Positions 61,216 through 64,000 of a stretch of 64,000 nt of DNA are shown here, in pieces. The notes under the pieces are model-generated. The model did not search any database. It was not told the DNA's origin and was given only the letters and a program-made list of their open reading frames with translations. The position numbers were made by a program, and so were the translations under genes. Numbering within the stretch: position 1 is the first letter of the stretch; the number at the start of each line of letters is the position of its first letter. Source of the stretch: Candidatus Bathyarchaeota archaeon (GTDB lineage Archaea; Thermoproteota; Bathyarchaeia; Bathyarchaeales; Bathycorpusculaceae). The stretch spans positions 440,928 through 504,927 of the forward strand of contig CAWDYC010000003.1 of NCBI GenBank assembly GCA_963806535.1, read 5' to 3'.

Positions 61216-63106
61216 ATGGATACCAGCAGCAAGCCCGCCACCGCCACCATCGCCACCAATCACGAACTTCCTACCCGGACTCTGCCGTTCGGGGACAGTC
61301 AGGACATCGACGACGCCCATCGGGGTTTCATCGCGGCCCTGAAACCGGGCGTCGTGCGTGCGACGGCCGCGTGGTGTGGGACATCGATTCGTACGGATTC
61401 CTCAAGGCCGAGGCCCCGCTGACCGTGAATCCCAGCCTGTGGCGCCAGTCCAACCTCCTGATCGAGCAGGGCCTGTTCGAGGTGGTGCCGGGCATCTACC
61501 AGGTGCGAGGGCTCGATCTCTCGGTGATGACCGTCGTTGAGGGCGACACGGGCATCATCATCATCGACCCCCTCCTCACGGCGGAACCGGCACGCGCCGC
61601 GCTCGCCCTCTACCGCGAGCATCGCGGTGGGCGCCCGTGACCGCTGTGATCTATACCCACAGCCACGCGGACCACTTCGGGGGCGTCCGCGGGGTGGTGG
61701 ATGAGGCCGACGTCGATGCCGGGCTGGTGCAGATCATCGCCCCGTCTGGTTTCATGGCGCATGCCGTTGCTGAGAATGTGTTCGCCGGTACCGCCATGAA
61801 CCGGCGTGCTGGCTGACATGTACGGGGCTGCCCTGGACCGCGGCCCTCAGGGGCAGGTGGGGGCGGGCCTGGCGCAGACCACCTCGACGGGTGAGTTCAC
61901 GCTGATCGCGCCCACGGTCGACGTGTCCACCACGGGCGAGGAGCTCACGGTCGACGGTGTCCGGATGGTGTTTCAGATGGCGCCTGGCACGGAGGCGCCC
62001 CCAGAGTTCCACTTCTTCTTCCCCGATCTGAGGGTCCTGTGCCTGGCCGAGAACGCCAGCCACACTCTGCACAACATTCTCACCATCCGCGGTGCACTGG
62101 TGCGTGATCCTCACGCGTGGGCGCAGTATCTGACCGAGGCGATCGACCTGTTCGGTGCCGATACCGATGTGATCTTCTCCTCCCACCATTGGCCCGACCT
62201 GGGGGCATGAGCGGTGCATGGAGTACCTGGGTCAGCAGCGGGACCTTTATGCCTATCTCCACGATCAGACGCTGCGGATGATGAACCAGGGCATGACCGG
62301 CATCGAGATCGCCGAGGTGATCCAGATGCCGCCTGCGCTGGAGAATGCGTGGCACGCCCGGGGTTACTACGGGTCGGTCAGCCACAACGTCAAGGCGATC
62401 TATCAGCGCTACATGGGCTGGTACGACGGAAATCCGGTCAACCTGTGGAAGCATCCCCCGGTCGAGGCGGGCAAGAGGTACCTGGAGTTCATGGGCGGGG
62501 CGGACGCCGTCGTGGCCAAGGCCCGAGACTCGTTCGACGCCGGCGACTTCCGGTGGGTGGCCGAGGTGCTGGGCCACGTCGTGTTCGCCCAACCAGACCA
62601 CAAGGACGCGAAGGAACTGCTGGCCGACACACTGGAGCAGCTCGGCTACGGGTCCGAGTGCGGTACATGGCGCTGCGCCTACCTGTCCGGCGCCCACGAA
62701 CTCCGGCACGGGGCATTCGGGACACCGGTCTCCAGTGTGACACCCGATATCTTGGCTGCCCCTGACGCCGACGCAGTTGTTCGACTCGTTGGCCATCCGG
62801 GTCAATGCCCCGCTGTGTTGGGATGATCGGTTGTCGTTTGACTTCGACATCACAGACGCCGGGGTTCGGCATCGGCTCACCCTGACCAATGGAGTCCTCA
62901 CCCAGTCCACCGCACCCCAGCCGACCGAAGCTGACGTGTCACTGAGGCTCAGCAGAGCCGCACTGAACGGGCTCCTGACCGGACAACTCGCCCCCGAGGG
63001 ATTCGCCGACGCGGGCGTGGACGTCACCGGCGACCCGGGGGTGCTGGGCCGCCTGATGTCGGCTCTGGATCAGCCTGACCCGGGCTTCAACATTGTTCTA
63101 CCGTAG
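61216..63106 (+). CDS. Alkyl sulfatase SdsA1/BDS1 family (MBL + dimerisation + SCP2 domains; several frameshifts)
   Basis: [62 protein letters not shown]. Confidence 0.88.
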
Positions 63107-63167
63107 GGCGCACGTGGGGGCTCTTGAATGCCGTGGACAGCGCTCCTCCGTGGTTCGGGGGCGCTGT

Positions 63168-64000
63168 TCATTGCGAGCGCTCGCGCACCGCGGTAGCGAC
63201 ATCCAGACGCCGAACCGCGCGTATCCCAGGCCGCAGCGAGACCGCCGTGACCAGAAGCATGGCCAGGATGGTGAGCGCCATGGTGGCCGGCCGGGCCTCC
63301 AGTTCGAACGAGAGCATGTCGGTGGAGTAGGTGGACATCAGCCAGGATGCTGCTGCGTGCGCGACGACGCCCCTGGTATCACGCCGAACGCAGTCAGGAT
63401 CATGTTCTCCGCCATGACGTAGGCGCCGATCCTCCGGTGCGAGACGCCGTTGGCGCGCATGGTGGCGAGTTCCCCTGTTCGCTCCGCCAGATTGACCGAG
63501 ACGACGTTGTAGATCAGCGCCACCGCAAGCACGCCGCCGAAGGCCAACATCAGGCCCACAATCAGGTAGAAGAGCCCCAGGTACTGCTCGATCATCATCC
63601 ACACCGCCCGGACGTCGGTGACGGCGGCCACAGCGGGCAGGTCGCGCACCTCATCCAGCGCCGCGTCGCGGTCGGCATCACGTCCAGCATCAGGGCGATC
63701 ACCGAGGTCCCCGGCCGCGTCATCGCCTCCCGCCACCCGCGGCCGCCGTCGGTGCCGAGCACTTCCTCCAGCATCTCCCGGGTCAGGTACACCGGGCTGC
63801 CCATCGGCTCCCGCACGGTGTCTTCGATCGTGGCGTCGAAAGTGACGCCGAGGGTCGGCAGCGACACCCGCAGCATGCCGCCCACCTCCGCACCGGTCTC
63901 ACCCAGGACCGCTTCGCCGACGACGACACCCGTGGTCGGTCCCCTGCCGCTGGGCGTCACGAAGCCGTGGACCTGGGTCCCGGACACGTGCGCGAACAGG
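63168..64000 (-). CDS. FtsX/MacB-like ABC permease, partial (frameshifts)
   Basis: ERTGELATMRANG, AEN, P..RAVRRLDVATAVRER. Confidence 0.8.

Noticed and set aside
53399-63987. Many long overlapping alternative-frame ORFs in the high-GC part
   Set aside because: These are expected shadow ORFs in stop-poor GC-rich DNA; each overlaps a recognisable gene.
53620-64000. Inter-domain horizontal transfer of a 10-kb actinobacterial block
   Set aside because: Genes are cut on both sides, there are no mobility signals or amelioration, and the block lies outside attR; a chimera is more likely.

Overview
The window joins two unrelated sequences. Bases 1 to ~53,619 are AT-rich archaeal DNA, most likely Bathyarchaeia, judging from eS6/aIF2-gamma/Rpo7/Spt4/eS24/eS31, uL3-uL4-uL23-uL2-uS19, Fae-Hps and a PQQ-type beta-propeller surface protein. 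Bases ~53,620-64,000 are high-GC actinobacterial-type DNA (gluABCD, Trk/Ktr, cspA, alkyl sulfatase). The junction truncates a gene on each side, so it is most likely an assembly chimera. Scattered single-base frameshifts in both parts look like long-read consensus errors. The main accessory feature is a ~20.9 kb element integrated in an intron-containing tRNA-Ser(CGA), bounded by 25-bp att repeats at 31437 and 52306. It carries a tyrosine integrase, a replication/regulatory module, a type I R-M system and a defence-like cargo. Best candidates for new biology: (1) a dCTP-deaminase operon with an altered HExxH-fold protein, a 2-TM protein and a divergent dUTPase, possibly a nucleotide-depletion defence module; (2) an hsdS whose two TRDs alone are garbled, suggesting population-level TRD swapping; (3) extreme polar third-codon skew (A/C before, G/T after) around those TRDs; (4) a decayed internal att copy that marks off a four-gene module (two PD-(D/E)xK-like, one HEPN-like, one TIR). 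All protein calls come from motif recognition by eye; no database search was run.
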